NCBI GenBank assembly: GCA_951406725.2
Contig: OX597817.1
Coordinates: 66,650,001-66,714,000, forward strand
Direction: 5' to 3'
Origin: Octopus vulgaris
Taxonomy: Eukaryota
Length of the DNA stretch: 64,000 nucleotides
How positions within the stretch are numbered: position 1 is the first letter of the stretch; each line of letters opens with the position of its first letter. The position numbers were made by a program, and so were the translations under genes. Positions 12,770-26,300 of this stretch are shown one piece after another. Below the pieces are notes generated by a model. It worked only from the letters and a program-made list of their open reading frames with translations. It was not told where the DNA came from and did not search any database.

Positions 12770-13532
12770 TTTGGATTGCCTTGATAACGTTGTGTTAACA
12801 TATATCTTCGGAAATACTAATATTAATTTTAATGAAATCCCCCCCCCATCACTTCACCATTTTCAAAAAGCTACAAACTTCCAATGTTTCACTCTTAGGT
12901 TTTTGGAAATCGGGGAAGTTTCTTCAGAAATAATTACGTTTACCTGTTGTTTCTAGCATGTCGGGTTTTCTGGTGGTGGTGGTCTGCTATTTCAGTACAA
13001 TTCTACGCATGCGTGAAACATCAGACGAAAGTGGAATATTGGGAGGTTTTAGCTTTTTGAAAGGAGGTAGGTGATGGGTGTGCGAGGTGGAGGAAGGGGA
13101 ATTTTTGTGTTTCTTTAAGAAAAATTAAACTTTAAAAAAAAAAGATAATTCCCAGATTCGTAATCTCTGTATTTTTCTACGTAGATAAAAAAAAATCGAA
13201 AGAAGTTACAATTTATGAAATTGCAGTGGGGACGGGGGTGGGGTGGAGATAATTAAAATTTTGAAAACGTGATTTCTGGACAAAATCGTATTAACTGCCT
13301 TTTATACGATGAAACATAGTTTGTGATCCTTCATAAGAACAGAAAGCACTTTCATGCAAACCCATGCTAATTGTACCCCCCCCCTTCACTTTTAAACAAA
13401 CAATAACTCCCATTATATCAGTAAGCCAGTTCACTATATATCAGCTGCGCCGATTCTGCCCATAAGAAAGAAACAAATAATACAATGTTGTAGCAGTCAT
13501 AACACCCGGGCAACGCCGTGATGCATTGCTAG
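12770..13532 (+). mobile_element. Non-autonomous Helitron-like element (3' end)
   Basis: CCCGGGCAACGCCGTG hairpin at 13505-13520, then CTAG|T at 13529-13532. Internal inverted repeat 12845-12893/13030-13079. The 5' boundary is uncertain. Confidence 0.55.
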
Positions 13533-13545
13533 TGTATGTGTGTGC

Positions 13546-13621
<76 letters not shown>

Positions 13622-13819
13622 GTGTAATGAGAGAGAGAGAATGATGCAAATAGGCCAAAACAAAATCTGCTTGAGTTTGATATACAAAATATATATACAT
13701 GTATACATGTAAATAGCGAGGAAGTAAAGTCTATATAAATGTATATACGTTTTGTATATTAGTGTGTATATCACTTTTATTTATTTATCTGCATCAAATC
13801 ATTTGAGCGCTACTGTTGA

Positions 13820-13980
13820 CTCTCTCTCTCTCTCCATCTCTCCCTCCCCTCTTTTTTCCCCTCCCTTCTCTCTCTCCCGCCCCTTCTCTCTCTCCTACCC
13901 CTTCTCTCTCCTGCCCCTTCTATCTCTCCCGCCTCTTCTCTCTCTCCCGCCCCTTCTCTCTCTCCTACCCCTTCTCTCTT
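13820..13980. repeat. Pyrimidine-rich minisatellite (~18-bp CCCCTTCTCTCTCTCCCG units)
   Basis: Directly visible. Confidence 0.85.
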
Positions 13981-14458
13981 GAGGTTATAACTTGACACAT
14001 TTATTGTGGTCACACTTATATACACAATAGAATGGTTGGTGTGTAAAGGCCTTGGTCTTCGGTGCTATTCTCCTATCTGCTAGCTGGTGTGTGTCGAGAG
14101 AGAGACTAGATCACATCTTCACAGTTTGAGGTTACAAAGAGGAGAGATGAGGTCACGTGTCTGAACCTTAATGTTGTGTAACGCCCTCTATCTCTGTATA
14201 ACCAGCTTGTTTACCTGAAGTCTCATTGCTACGAAGGTATGATGCGGAGAAAAAAATTGGAGGAAAGAGTTACAGAGGTTTAAAGATCGGAAAAACTTTG
14301 TATTTTTAGTCAATAGCAAGACAGAACTTTTCGTAATCAAAATTCACAGTTACATTAATACGCCAAAATTGAAAGCAATCTATGCAAAATTAAAGGGGAC
14401 TCATTTTGCGAATGAGGTTTTGAGGGTAAGGTGTTAGTCGATAACATCGATATCTTCA

Positions 14459-14665
14459 GGGCAGCAAGCTGGCAGAATTGTTAGCATGCCGGACAAAATG
14501 CTTAGTGATATTTCTTCCAGCTTTACGTTCTGAGTTTAAATTCAGCTGAGGTCGACCTTGCCTTCCATTCTTTCGGCGTCGATGAAATAAGTATCAGTCG
14601 AACCCTGGGGGGTTGATATAATCGACTTGTGCCCTCCCCTCAAATTTCAGACCTTGTACCTATTG
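14459..14665 (+). mobile_element. Second SINE family (GAGCTGGCAGAATCGTTAG head, TTGCCTTTCAT...GTCGATAAAATAAGTACCAG core)
   Basis: Homologous copies at ~29302-29510, ~29899-29975, ~18025-18120 (-), ~24690-24820 (-), ~27245-27410 and ~50900-51040. Confidence 0.75.
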
Positions 14666-15668
14666 TATTATTTGCTGTCTATACCATCATGATTTTTTAG
14701 GGGTTGATTATGCACGTGTATCCGTGGTTTTCGAGAGGCTGTTGCGCACGCGAGTTTGTTTGTGTTCGGACCTCTGTGTGTGTGCGTCTCTGTGGAATTA
14801 AGAATGCGTGCGCGTGTTACAGCACTAGACTTGGTTTTCCATTCACCTATGTTCTAAAACTGTCTTGAACTAGACGACCCATAGTCTGCAAAGCCGTTTG
14901 TTTCTTTCTATTTGAAAGCCATAAATCTATCAACACACTCTCCCATTACCGCCCCGTCCCGTCTGGTCTTTCTGTCACCCAGAACTATATTTGTAAAGTG
15001 AACTTCTAAACCACACAGCCACGCGGAATGAAAAAAAAAGAAAAAGAAAAAGACAACATCCAACACTCAGTCATTAATGACTACCAGTAGGACTTTTGGA
15101 AACCTACTTTGTTATATTTCTTAGCCATTGCACCTTATACCAAAGAGAGAGAGAGAGAGAGCTTCTACTTAACCTACAAGAAACAGCCAAATCACTGTCA
15201 AAATCCACAGCACCTTCTTAGAAATGGATACTTTGGATTATGATACCTTGATTCATTGCACATACAAAAATGATTCTGTTTGTTTGCCTGCTCAATCAGA
15301 GCATGCTTGTGTCTAAAGAGCAGCAACAACCAGTATGTCTCAAGAAATTTGTTGCAAACAGTGTTAAATTATTTGTTATTAGCAAAGTATTTAACTGTGT
15401 CCAACATGCAAATCTACTTGGATTAGAAATATCCTGTCAAATCAGGTTTCTTGGTTCTTATAGAAGAAAAGTCTTTTCTAATTATTAACAATTGTTTAAT
15501 AATATAATGTTATTGTGTGCTTGTCCATTAAAACATGTAAAATTCAAACCAAATTAAAGAACTCAATGCAGTTAAACAGAGTAAATGAGTTTTTTTTTCC
15601 TCTAGAAATCAAATGTAACAAAAGTATAATCTATTCCCAGTAAAATGTCAAAGTATTCACAAGTTTAA

Positions 15669-15890
15669 CCCTTTTGATACCATATTTCTGTTGAGGTACT
15701 CTGTGTTTCTTTCAATTAATTTTAAATATAACAAAGAATTTAGTAAAATAACTTAGTTATCATTAAGCTAGTATTAGGAACATAAATTGTGACTAAGGTT
15801 TGGTGGAAAATTTTAATTCAAAATTTATGAAAACAAGACATTTGTACCACAGAACCAGAGGCGGTTTCAGGCGGGTTGGTATCAAAAGGG
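15669..15890. mobile_element. piggyBac-type MITE
   Basis: Perfect 14-bp TIR CCCTTTTGATACCA/TGGTATCAAAAGGG; TTAA on the left, TACA (mutated) on the right. Confidence 0.75.
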
Positions 15891-17720
15891 TACAACAGTA
15901 GCTGAGATAGCTGTAGGGTGTGCAATCATGTTGACAAAAGTATGAAAGTTATGCTTAAGGTTCCTTCTATACATAAAATAACTTCAACTCTGATTTGACC
16001 TTTGTTTCTTGGATTTGAAAACAAATTACAAGCAGATTATGTCATGACAGTACAAAGACAGAATTATTATATGGAAATTGTACCATCTCTGGCGGGTGTG
16101 CAGTTCTTACCTAGTAAACCCAGAATATATGTACCCCTGGTAATAATATTCGTATTTATCAGACATGTAATCTTCTAGGTCAGCTATAGTGTTGTATTTC
16201 ATTTACTATTTTCTTAGACTACAGAGTTCTTTTTCATTAGCTTAACAGGAAAAGAAAAGCAAAAACGGAGAAAAAAAAAAGATTCTCAACCATAAAATAC
16301 TAAATCTCTTTATTACAAAGCTTACTTAGTACTTTGTGGAAAACTGTTAGTTTCACATTTAATATTGGATGGTTGTTTCATATAGGTCAGCCCAAATTGA
16401 GCAGACCAACAATCAAAAGCATTTCAGCTATGACCAGTCTTTTTGCATATCTAAGACTACATTATCCAACATGTCTTTCATGTTTTAAGATAGAAGGGTG
16501 GAATTTAAAGGAGTTTGATTGCTATTTTTAGTAGTTCAAGTGACTGCGTTGATCTCATTGACACTGATTCTGGTCATGACAGATAAGCTCTGGTTTGCTT
16601 ACCTCTGATGTTGCTATTACAACAATTATGATCTCATCTGTCTGTTGTTTAATTCAACGACAGCCTTGATCCAGCAGAAAAATCCCTAACCAGTCCTGAT
16701 CAGTAACTATCTCATCTTTTTTTTATTGACTTAGGAGCATATGTTTAAGAAGCTAGCTTAGAACCACATGATTCCAGGGTCAATTCCACTATATCATGAG
16801 CTAGTGATTTTGACTAAAGCTTTGGGTGGAAGCATATCGTTAGGAAGGGAGTCCAGTAATAGAAACCAAAACCAAACCAAACCAGACTGGAACCTGGTGC
16901 AGCTCTGGTCAAACTGTTCAACCCATGCCAATATAGAAAACAGACATTAAATGCTGCTGCTGCTGATACACACATATATATGAATTTGTTATAAGAATCA
17001 AGACACACCAACTTGTAAGAGTTCACAAAGAAATAAACAACATTGAAGATATCAAGTGTTGGTAGGATACCATAGATATACAAATACCAAATCCAATTTA
17101 AACCACAGCTCCAACTCAGGGTGGGTCTTTGATGTGACATATATATATATATATATATATAATTGTACTTGACAAGTTCTAGAGAGAAATGAAAGGATTT
17201 TTTTCCCAAAATTCTGATGACTTTTTTTCTCAATATTCAATTCTGTATATCACACCTAACACTCTATACATATATATATATAAACAAAACAAAAAATGGA
17301 ACAAGAATGTAACAGGCAACAACAAAAGATCCAGACAGTTAGACGATACAAAAAAGGACAAGAAAAAACAAGGATGGGTCATTCGGAGCTTTCTATCTTC
17401 AGTCAAGATCCCGATCATCTGGCAATGGTATAGCAATCTCAATCATCATGCCTCCCATTCATATAGCTGACTTTCTACACTGAAGCCACTTGCCAAGGAT
17501 GGAGTTGGAATTTAAATTCTCATTTATCACTACTTTATGAATATCTATACCATGATTACTTTAGCATTCTCCAACACACACACATACATTCTCTCTCTCT
17601 CTCTCTATATATATAATGAGAAATATCAAAGAATGGATTTAGCAATCATTTTACAACCTTTTTCATCATAATTCAATATAATCAATCTTGTGTAATGCTG
17701 TAATCACTCCAGCAACTATT

Positions 17721-17885
17721 GATTAATTTTCATGTGCTTTGTAGGATTTCTTTTATAACATGTTAAACATGATTTCCCAGAATTCTGTAAAAAATAGCAT
17801 GCAAATTATTTTTTTACAGAATCTTGAGGAATCATGTTCAACATATATTATAGAAGAAAACCTACGCACCACATGAAAATTAATC
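17721..17885. repeat. Imperfect ~165-bp hairpin / palindromic MITE-like element
   Basis: GATTAATTTTCATGTG...CACATGAAAATTAATC ends, with pairing continuing inward to TTCTGTAAAAAA/TTTTTTACAGAA around a short loop. Confidence 0.85.
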
Positions 17886-19228
17886 TTTCTTTCTTATTTT
17901 TCTATTATTAGTTCCATCCAAGGGCTGTGGCTATGCTAAGGTACTGCCATTAGCCCTAATGCTTGTTTATTTTAGACTTACTTCTCCATCCTGTCTCTGG
18001 GAATCAGTCCTAGGAAAAAGTTGGCATCAATGGGATTTGAACTCAGAATGTAAAGATTCAGAAGAAAAACCAGTAAGCATTTTTTTCCCAACACTCTAGC
18101 TGCCCTGCCAGCTCATTACCCTTTACTAGAATTAATCATGAAAGCTAATGATTTTCTCTCCTCAATGCAGTTGAAATTTTAATTAACTAAACATTTAGGG
18201 GTAGGAGGTTTATTACATTACATAGGTTTAGTTCCCACTTAGTTTTAGTTTTGAATACTAATGATGTCAGTTTTATAAAAATGATGAAACTACTGATAAT
18301 AGCATTAATAGTAATAGCTAACTAAAACAAGTTTATATTCAGTTACATTGACACCAGTCCTTGTAATTGCGTAATTCATCATCAATTGTCAGAAGAAATA
18401 CAAGGTTTTTATTCCTGCAGTACATCACCTGCTGCCATAATTAATTCTTGATATTTGAATTGGTGGCAATTCTTAGCTGAGTCATGAATCTATTTATCCG
18501 TGTCTTTGTTAAGGAAAAGCTTTGTATATTTTTATTGTTCAACTAGACACCTGTTACATAGATTAAGAAATGGAACCATGCAGAATATTTGTTTATTTAA
18601 TAATTTTCATTAAAATTTTTTTTTTAAATGTAATGTATGAACAAGACATAGACTCTGCAAACTATATTGCATGTGAGCTGTCTAGGAGGACAGTAACTCC
18701 AAATAAGACCTAATACAGGTCAGAAAGAACACTTTAGTGTAGCCATAAACAACCTATCTAATACAAGTGAAGCAATAAAATGTACACAGTAATACATATA
18801 CTGCAACAAAGCCAGTTTACTTTATTACTGTGTGCCAGATGATGCAGCCACGAGGTGCTGTGAAATCAGTCCAACCCATGCCAGTACAGAAGAAAATAGA
18901 ATTAGCCCTGATACAGCTATGATCAATCTAGCCTGTACTTTTTCAGGTATTAGATAATTTTTTTTTTGCAGATGGGAACATGTGATTTAAAGATTTTACT
19001 GTTGTTTATGGCGGTATAATTAAGAAGATTGCATTACAAGTACATAGCATGGTTCTTTTTTCAATTTTGTTATGATACTTCAAGCAACTGTCCAAAATCA
19101 TAACCAGAAGTAAACTAATATTTTGTCAGAGAAATTTAGCAAATAGAAACTGTGTGGGAGTCTGTATATATCTCACTGTCTTTCTCTCCCTAGACATACA
19201 CACACACACACATATATATATATATACA

Positions 19229-19437
19229 TGAGGAGGTACTGAAAAGTTCCTAGCTTTAAGGGTATTATGAAAGGCCAGGTTGGAGGCCCAACCTTCCAAG
19301 TTATTTTACAGGGCTATGTAAAACTGAAGGACTACTGCAATAAGTATGAATATGAGGGGAATATGTTGAATAAAATCATAACTGATCTTCCTGTATTTTC
19401 TTTTACCCAAAGCCAGGAACTTTTCAGCCCCTACTCG
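19229..19437. mobile_element. Tc1/mariner-derived MITE
   Basis: TIRs GAGGAGGTACTGAAAAGTTCCTAGCTTT / AAAGCCAGGAACTTTTCAGCCCCTACTCG in a (TA)n context. Confidence 0.7.
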
Positions 19438-20262
19438 TATATATATATATATACATACATATCTATGTTTGTTTTTATGTTCAATTATAATAAAAACAAT
19501 TTTACCTTAATCTGATGGGTTATTCTATAACTTTGTAGAGTACAGATTTATTGTCCTTCAACAAAATTATTGATAGTTACTTCGAAATTTTGGCGAGCTA
19601 AGTTATCGTCAGCAGTATGACAATGGCTCAGCTAGCTAAAACTTCGGAGTCACTGCCAATAATATTGTTTAAAAGCAATATATATATATATAGAGAGAGA
19701 GAGACAGGCAGGTATGTATGTGTATGTGCATGCGGACATCTACCTGTTGGTGAATACCAATATAAATACCATATGATAATTAAAACTGTACAAGGGAGGT
19801 AACTAATGTCAATTGTAGCTTTTCACACACTACAGTTTGCTAATACGAGTACCAGACAAAGTATTGTTGTCAATATAACTGACAATACTGTAGTCCAATG
19901 ACTGAAACAAGTAGGAAAAAAAAAAAAAAGGAAAAGAAAGAAAGATAAGCAAATGCAATAAAGCTAAGCAATGGAATTTATTAATCTGAAATCAGTCACC
20001 AAATTGACCAACATTTATAGACCAACCAGTAGCTTGAGCATGTTTGTATGAAAACAAGACATCAATTAATCACATAAAATCAAGGATGTATGAAGGTGAC
20101 AGCTAACAATGTCACTAACATGACAACCAACATGATAAAGTTGTACACACAATGAAAAAGACAGTTTAGGGGCAGTCTCGTAGCAAGTTAGGGAGATGTA
20201 TGTTCAATGTCCTAAAAGCATGTGGAATGGTAACATTTCAAGTAGCATGATTGTTGTATCCT

Positions 20263-20385
20263 TTATCGTTCTAGTTGACTCTTCTGAATAGCTTCTTCAA
20301 CTGTCATTCGTAAGAAGTTAATAGTTTGACGTGGATTGTCACTATTGATGATGGCACTGCCTGAGACGATCATGTTGGCACCGGC
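20263..20385 (-). CDS. RPE: RPE exon 5 ([11 protein letters not shown]...KSQLER*)
   Basis: gtctag acceptor, TAA stop, 123 nt. Confidence 0.95.
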   Translation of the reverse strand, partial: AGANMIVSGSAIINSDNPRQTINFLRMTVEEAIQKSQLER

Positions 20386-23300
20386 CTAGACAAACAGAAA
20401 TTAAAATGTTGTAACAAAAAGCAATAAAGTACTAATTCTGTTTGTAAGTTTGCATACATGTACAAGAGAGCATTTTTGTGTGCATATGTGCACACGGCAT
20501 ATCAGAGAGGTGTGCAAGAGAGACGACTGCACTGGTCATGTGATGCATATGGACGAGGACAGCTGTGTAAAGAAGTGCCAATCTCTAATTGTAGAGGGAA
20601 CCTGTGGTAGAGGTAGACCCAGGAAGACATGGGAACTATGAGCCTCACAGAGGCAATGGCTAGTGACTGAGACCTTTGGCAATATGCTGTGCTTGAGAAA
20701 ACGTGTGAAGCCAAGTGAAATTGTAGTCATGGCTGATGCTGGTGTCACATAACTGGCACGTAAAGAGCACCTTTCGAGCATTGGGCTTCATGGAGGTAAA
20801 GTGTCTGGATTCCTTTTGCGTATTGGGCCCCAGGGACGCAAAGTGGCTGAGTTCCTTTTGAGTGTTGAACCTTACAGAGGCAATGAACGAGACCTTTGGT
20901 ATTATGTCATGCTTAAGACCCATAAAGCTCAGTAAAATCAGTTGTGACGGATACTGGTTTCATGCAAATGGCACATAAAAGCACCCATTACACTCTCAGA
21001 GTGGTTGGCATTAGGAAGGGCATCCAGCTGTAAAAAAACCATGCCAAATCAGAGTGGAGTCTAGTGCAGCCTTCCAGCTCACCAGCCCTGGTGATGTTTA
21101 GGCTGCTGCTGATGCAAATGACAGCAAGAAGCTTTACCATCTTATGAAGCAAATTTATGGACCTAAGAGCTCCATATCAGCTCCTCAGTTTTCTACTCTA
21201 TTTACTAAAACAACAGAAATCACAGGTCGTTGGATCGAACACTTCTCTGAACTCTTAAACCATGAGTCAGTTGTGGATGAAACTGATTGATACTATGCAA
21301 CAAACACCTATCATTGGCTCCTTAAATTCTACACCCTCGATAGATGAAGTAATGACATCAATAAGTAAATCAATAAGTATTTCTATGTGTGCATGAATCT
21401 TGGTAGAGCACCTAGGAAGGATGGAATTTGTGCTGAGGTCTTGTGATTTGGTGGTGATTACATCATACAGTCCCTTAATGAACTTATTAGTGCTGTCTGG
21501 ATGGATGGTGCAATACCTAAGGACTGAAAGGATGCAATTATTCTTCCTGTTTATAAAGGAAAAGGAGCCAGAACAATGTGTGGTAACTACAGAGGTATTG
21601 CTTTACTATCAGCTATTGGCAAATATTCTTCTTACCCGCCTGAATGGGTGTCTCATAAATGATGTCCTATCTGAATCTCAATATGGCTTCTGATCTGGTA
21701 GAGGGACAATGGATATGATTTTCACAGCAAGACAGATGCAAGAGAAATGCTATGAGCAGAATATGGATCTTGTCCAAGTATTCATTGATTTAACAAAGGC
21801 CTTTGATACTGTAAATAGAGCCTTTCTATGGAAAATACTTGGCAAACTTGGATGTCCAGATCACTTAGTCTCTATTATTAAATCATTTTATGATGGGATG
21901 GAGGCTTGGGTCAATGTTGGTGGGGGCATGGAAGAACCCATTCTTGTAGAGAGTTGTGTCAAGCAGGGTGACATCCTTGCCCTAACTCTCTTTTCTTTGT
22001 ACTTTGGCTGCTGCTTTTACTCATGCTTTTGCTAAGGTTAGCTCTCTGGAAATATATGTCAGATATCGATCTTCTGGCCACCTCTTTCATCTGCGCTGAT
22101 TTGCTGCCAATTCAAAAGTTTTCCAGTCTCTTATTCGCGATCTCCTTTATGCAGATGACTGTGACTTAGTCACTCATACAGTGGATGACATGCAAATACA
22201 TATGAATCGTATTTCTGCTTCTTGCAAGGCCTTTGGACTCAGCATTAACCTGGACAAAACTGTTGTAATGTTCCAGCCTGCACCAGGAAATCCATATGTG
22301 GAACCAGCTATCTTGGTTGAAGGAACAATTCTGAAAGTGATAGACAAGTTTGTCTACCTGGGCAGCACACTCAGCCGTTCTTGCTCCCTGGATAATGAAA
22401 TATCTTTCAGGCTGCAGAGAGCAGCTAATTCTTTCCTGTCTCTTCAGTCTCGTGTCTGGTCCCAGCATGGTATCACAAGGTAAACAAAAATTGCTGTGAC
22501 CGTGCATGTGTACTGACATCATTCTTTACTCATGTGAGACATGGACCCTTTACAAATGTCATGTAAGGGTCCTTGAACACTTTCATCAGAGATGTCTCAG
22601 ACACATTCTGAATGTTAGCTGGATCTTAAAAATTCCAGACACACAGATCCTGAGACAGCTGATATCTTGAGTATGGAGGCAATGGTGCACAAACACCAGT
22701 TACGTTGGCCTGGACATCTTATTAGAATGAAAGATAGCAGGATCCCTAAGCAGATGCTATATGGGGAACTTGCAAATGGAAAGAGACCTGGCAGAAAGCA
22801 AGGCTGGGATTTAAGGACTGTGTCAAGTCCTCATCTAAGGCCTGTGATATGCAGGAGACTGACTGGGAGAACAATACCTGTCATTGCCATAGATGGAGGA
22901 AGCAGGTTAAAGAGGGGCTTGACACTTTTGAGAGAGCATGTATTCAGCATGAAGAACTTAAGCGTGCTCCTCGAAAGCACACTGCTGGTGTAGTGAATGG
23001 GGAAAGCGTGGTCTGCAATGTTTGCAGTCATGTATGCTTGTCAAGAGCAGGGCTCATTAGCCACCAACGGAGCTGCAAAATGCAAAATATAAGTTAGTCC
23101 TAGAGCACACAATGTTCCTGAAGGTCAAGAATTGTCTTCCTCAGTCACAAGTGGATGGCCATCATATATGTGTGTGGGTGGGTGTGTATGCATGGTGTAT
23201 ATAAGTGTGCCCATCTGCGCCTGTGTTTATGTTTGCCAGTGTTAAGGTGTGTCACTGTATAGTAAAAACAGTAATTTTGGATTTCATTAGGGATCAATAA

Positions 23301-26300
23301 AGTTCTGGTTTAAAAACCTTAGAAGATGATGTCCCAGCATGGCCGAAGTTCAATGATTGAAACCAGTAAAGTGAAAGAATAAAAGAAATGATTGATTGAT
23401 TGAATGTCTTGTGATGAACCTGACACTCTTATTTATAGCATCTATTTAATAATACTACTTGAGAAGTATCCACCTCTCTCCCTTAACCTTGTTGTTGTCA
23501 TATTTCTATTGGAATATACTGCTTTTGTTTTAATTTATTTTGAAAACAATGAAAAATTTACTAAAATAATTTCATCATTATTCACTTGGTGTTTGGAATA
23601 TAAATTAACATGAAATGTTGATGGAATGTTTTTAATTTAGATCATTTTAAAACAGGTTTATATTTTGGAACCAACAGCAATCTCAAGTAGATTGGTATAA
23701 AAAGGGTTAAGTAATCCAAACATGCTTTTAGAGGTTTGAGCTCAGTACATCAAGCTCAAACAAAACTCAGCAATTAAGCAGTATCCTTACAGCTTAACTG
23801 TGAGCCATATATAACTAAATATAGCTCAAAATTAATTTTTTGGTGTGTAGATGCATGGTCTAGTGATTAGGATGTTTCACACATGATTGTAAGATTGTAG
23901 TTTTAATTCTGTGTTTTTCAACAAAACACTTCATTTCATGTTACTCCATCCCGTTCAGCTGTAAACAAGTTCCAGCAATAGCAGGGAAGTTAACCTTGTG
24001 ATGGGCTGGCATCCCATTCTGAGATTTAATAATCTCAGTCACTTATAAGCCATAGAGACCAAGTTAAGATCTATCTTTACGAGCCTTAGAGCTCATGCCA
24101 AATCTAAACTAAGATATATTTTGGTGCTTATGATGTAGTGTAAGTGTCATCAGTGTGATAGGTCTCTCACATTACCATTCAGTATTACCTCCTGCAAATA
24201 TATTAAATGGTATAGTATCCAACAGCATAAAATAAGAAGTCATATTTGCTTACATCAGCACAGTCTTTAATAGTAGAAGTTCCAACGCCGCCATCAACCT
24301 CAATGTCTAACTCACGGAATTTCTCTCTAAGTAACCGCACCTTTAGAATGGACAAAAACAATTTGATTGAAATATGTTCAACACTGCCTAAATATATATG
24401 GCATAGAAATTTCAATGCTTCTAATATTCAATTTCTAACCCAATTTTCTTGCACTTTGTCTCTCTCTGAGATACAGGGCTTATTAAAAACAAATCCCTTA
24501 CTCTATTCCAAATCATTTTGATTTTACAGTGCACTTGGCTCACATACGGAAATTAAAAAAAAAATATTGTTTGAAAGTTAAAAATTTAAGATTAAAAATA
24601 TAGAAAACCATTGCATACCTTGTTTTCTTGGTTGTACTTATATATGATGATTTCTAATTTAAGCACAACATTAGTGATTTAGGAGTTAGGATGGTTAGTT
24701 GATTACACTGATTCCAACCCCAAAACAATGAAAGGCAAAGCTGACTGTGGTGAGATTTGAACTCAGAATCTAGAGAGCCAAGAAAATACTACAATGCTCT
24801 AATGATTCTGCCGATTCACCACCACCACCACCCTCATACCTAGCTATGCACATAAACTAATGAATAACAGATTTTTTTAAGGCACTCATGTATGGAATTT
24901 CTAATGTGTTAAATCATATTTTTTTTTAATCCATAGGAGCACCAAGACATTCCTGGCACGCCAGCATGTCACAGTGCACTGTTTGGGAGTTACTTATCTA
25001 TTCATTCACCGACAGTTGGATTCTGTCAATCACTTCTATTATACTGCTCTTAAATTTCCAAGTAATACAGAGAAAAATCTTTACTTTTGACATTTGTTCT
25101 TTCATAAATGACTGCCCACCAAATCCAGGTTCCACTGTCATTACAAGGACCATATCAACCATATGTACATAAGGAAGCACTGTTTCTACAGATGTATTTG
25201 GTTTTATACCTATTCCAACCTGAAAATAGAGCAGAGTTTTATTACTGTATTAAAATAACATTAATTAAAGAAATAGACAAATACATTTACAAGAAAACCA
25301 ATATAAGGGATAATCTAATACTTTGAGTGAAAGGAAAATTTAATCTAACAATAGTCCATAAAAAAAGCATTTTACTGTATATTTTGTAATGATATTATTA
25401 CTCTTACACTACACTATAAGTGCCTCAAAGTTTTACTGATTATCTTTAAGCTACTCAGCAAGCTCCAGAAACTGGAAATTATTTAAATACCATATTTTGA
25501 TAATTGTTTATCAATGTTTAATCCAAAGTTTAATAAGGTCATTGTAAGTCCATGTCAGTGACATTAAAGTACTTGACTTTTGACCTGAAAAATCAAACTA
25601 TAATAAGGTGTTGTATATTAGGACAATAAAACTGATTGTAATCAGTTTGACTGATTTACAACAGATTCCACTTTGACCCCACTGTTTAAATGTAAAATTT
25701 AGAATTTCAACAAAATCCATAATAGCTATGCTATAACTGATAAAGAAAAAATAATAACTTATGTAAAACATGAGAAGGAAAGACAGTAAAGAAAATATGA
25801 AACCAGTAGTTTGTAATTTTGTTACAGGAAAAATGGGGTTTCATAGTATATAAAAATTAGGGTTAGGGTATATATAAAAAGTGTAAAGTAAAAAGATATA
25901 TATTTACTTTCATTCCTGATTCTTTGATCTTGCGCACACAGTCCTCAGGATTGTCAGTGGCCTCTATATGGAAGGTATATTGATTTGCACCTGCCTCTGC
26001 CATACCTTCTACCCACTAGAAGAGAAAATTAAAGGCAAATTATAGAGGTTATTCTCTTTATTAAATCTTTAAGGCAACACACTAAAAGAATAAAGTGAGG
26101 TTGGCTAAGATAGTTGAGCAGCAACTTTTTTAGTTTAGCATATCTAATTTCACATAGTTTGCAGCTCAAATCTCACAAGAATTGACATAATCATTTATTT
26201 TGCCAAGTTCTGAACAGCTGTAACTGTAGAACTGTTAATGATCAAGTTCATCTAGCTGTAAGAAGCTACCACATGGTAAATGATTACTACAGCTCACTGC

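Noticed and set aside
9744-13532. Two outward-facing Helitron 3' ends almost symmetric about the 11.6-kb fold-back, suggesting one large palindromic element
   Set aside because: The two elements are not homologous beyond the terminal hairpin, so the symmetry looks coincidental.
1241-13774. Many ORFs rich in HTHT, VCVC, YIYI, CMYV or LSIY
   Set aside because: They are translations of microsatellites, not genes.
17375-17412. Hammerhead-like CTGAAGA...CGAA on the minus strand of a Penelope-like repeat (paralogue at ~1660-1685)
   Set aside because: The GAAA core and stems are incomplete, and the paralogue does not keep the motif.
25858-25869. Interstitial telomeric TTAGGG repeat
   Set aside because: Only two units, which is expected by chance.
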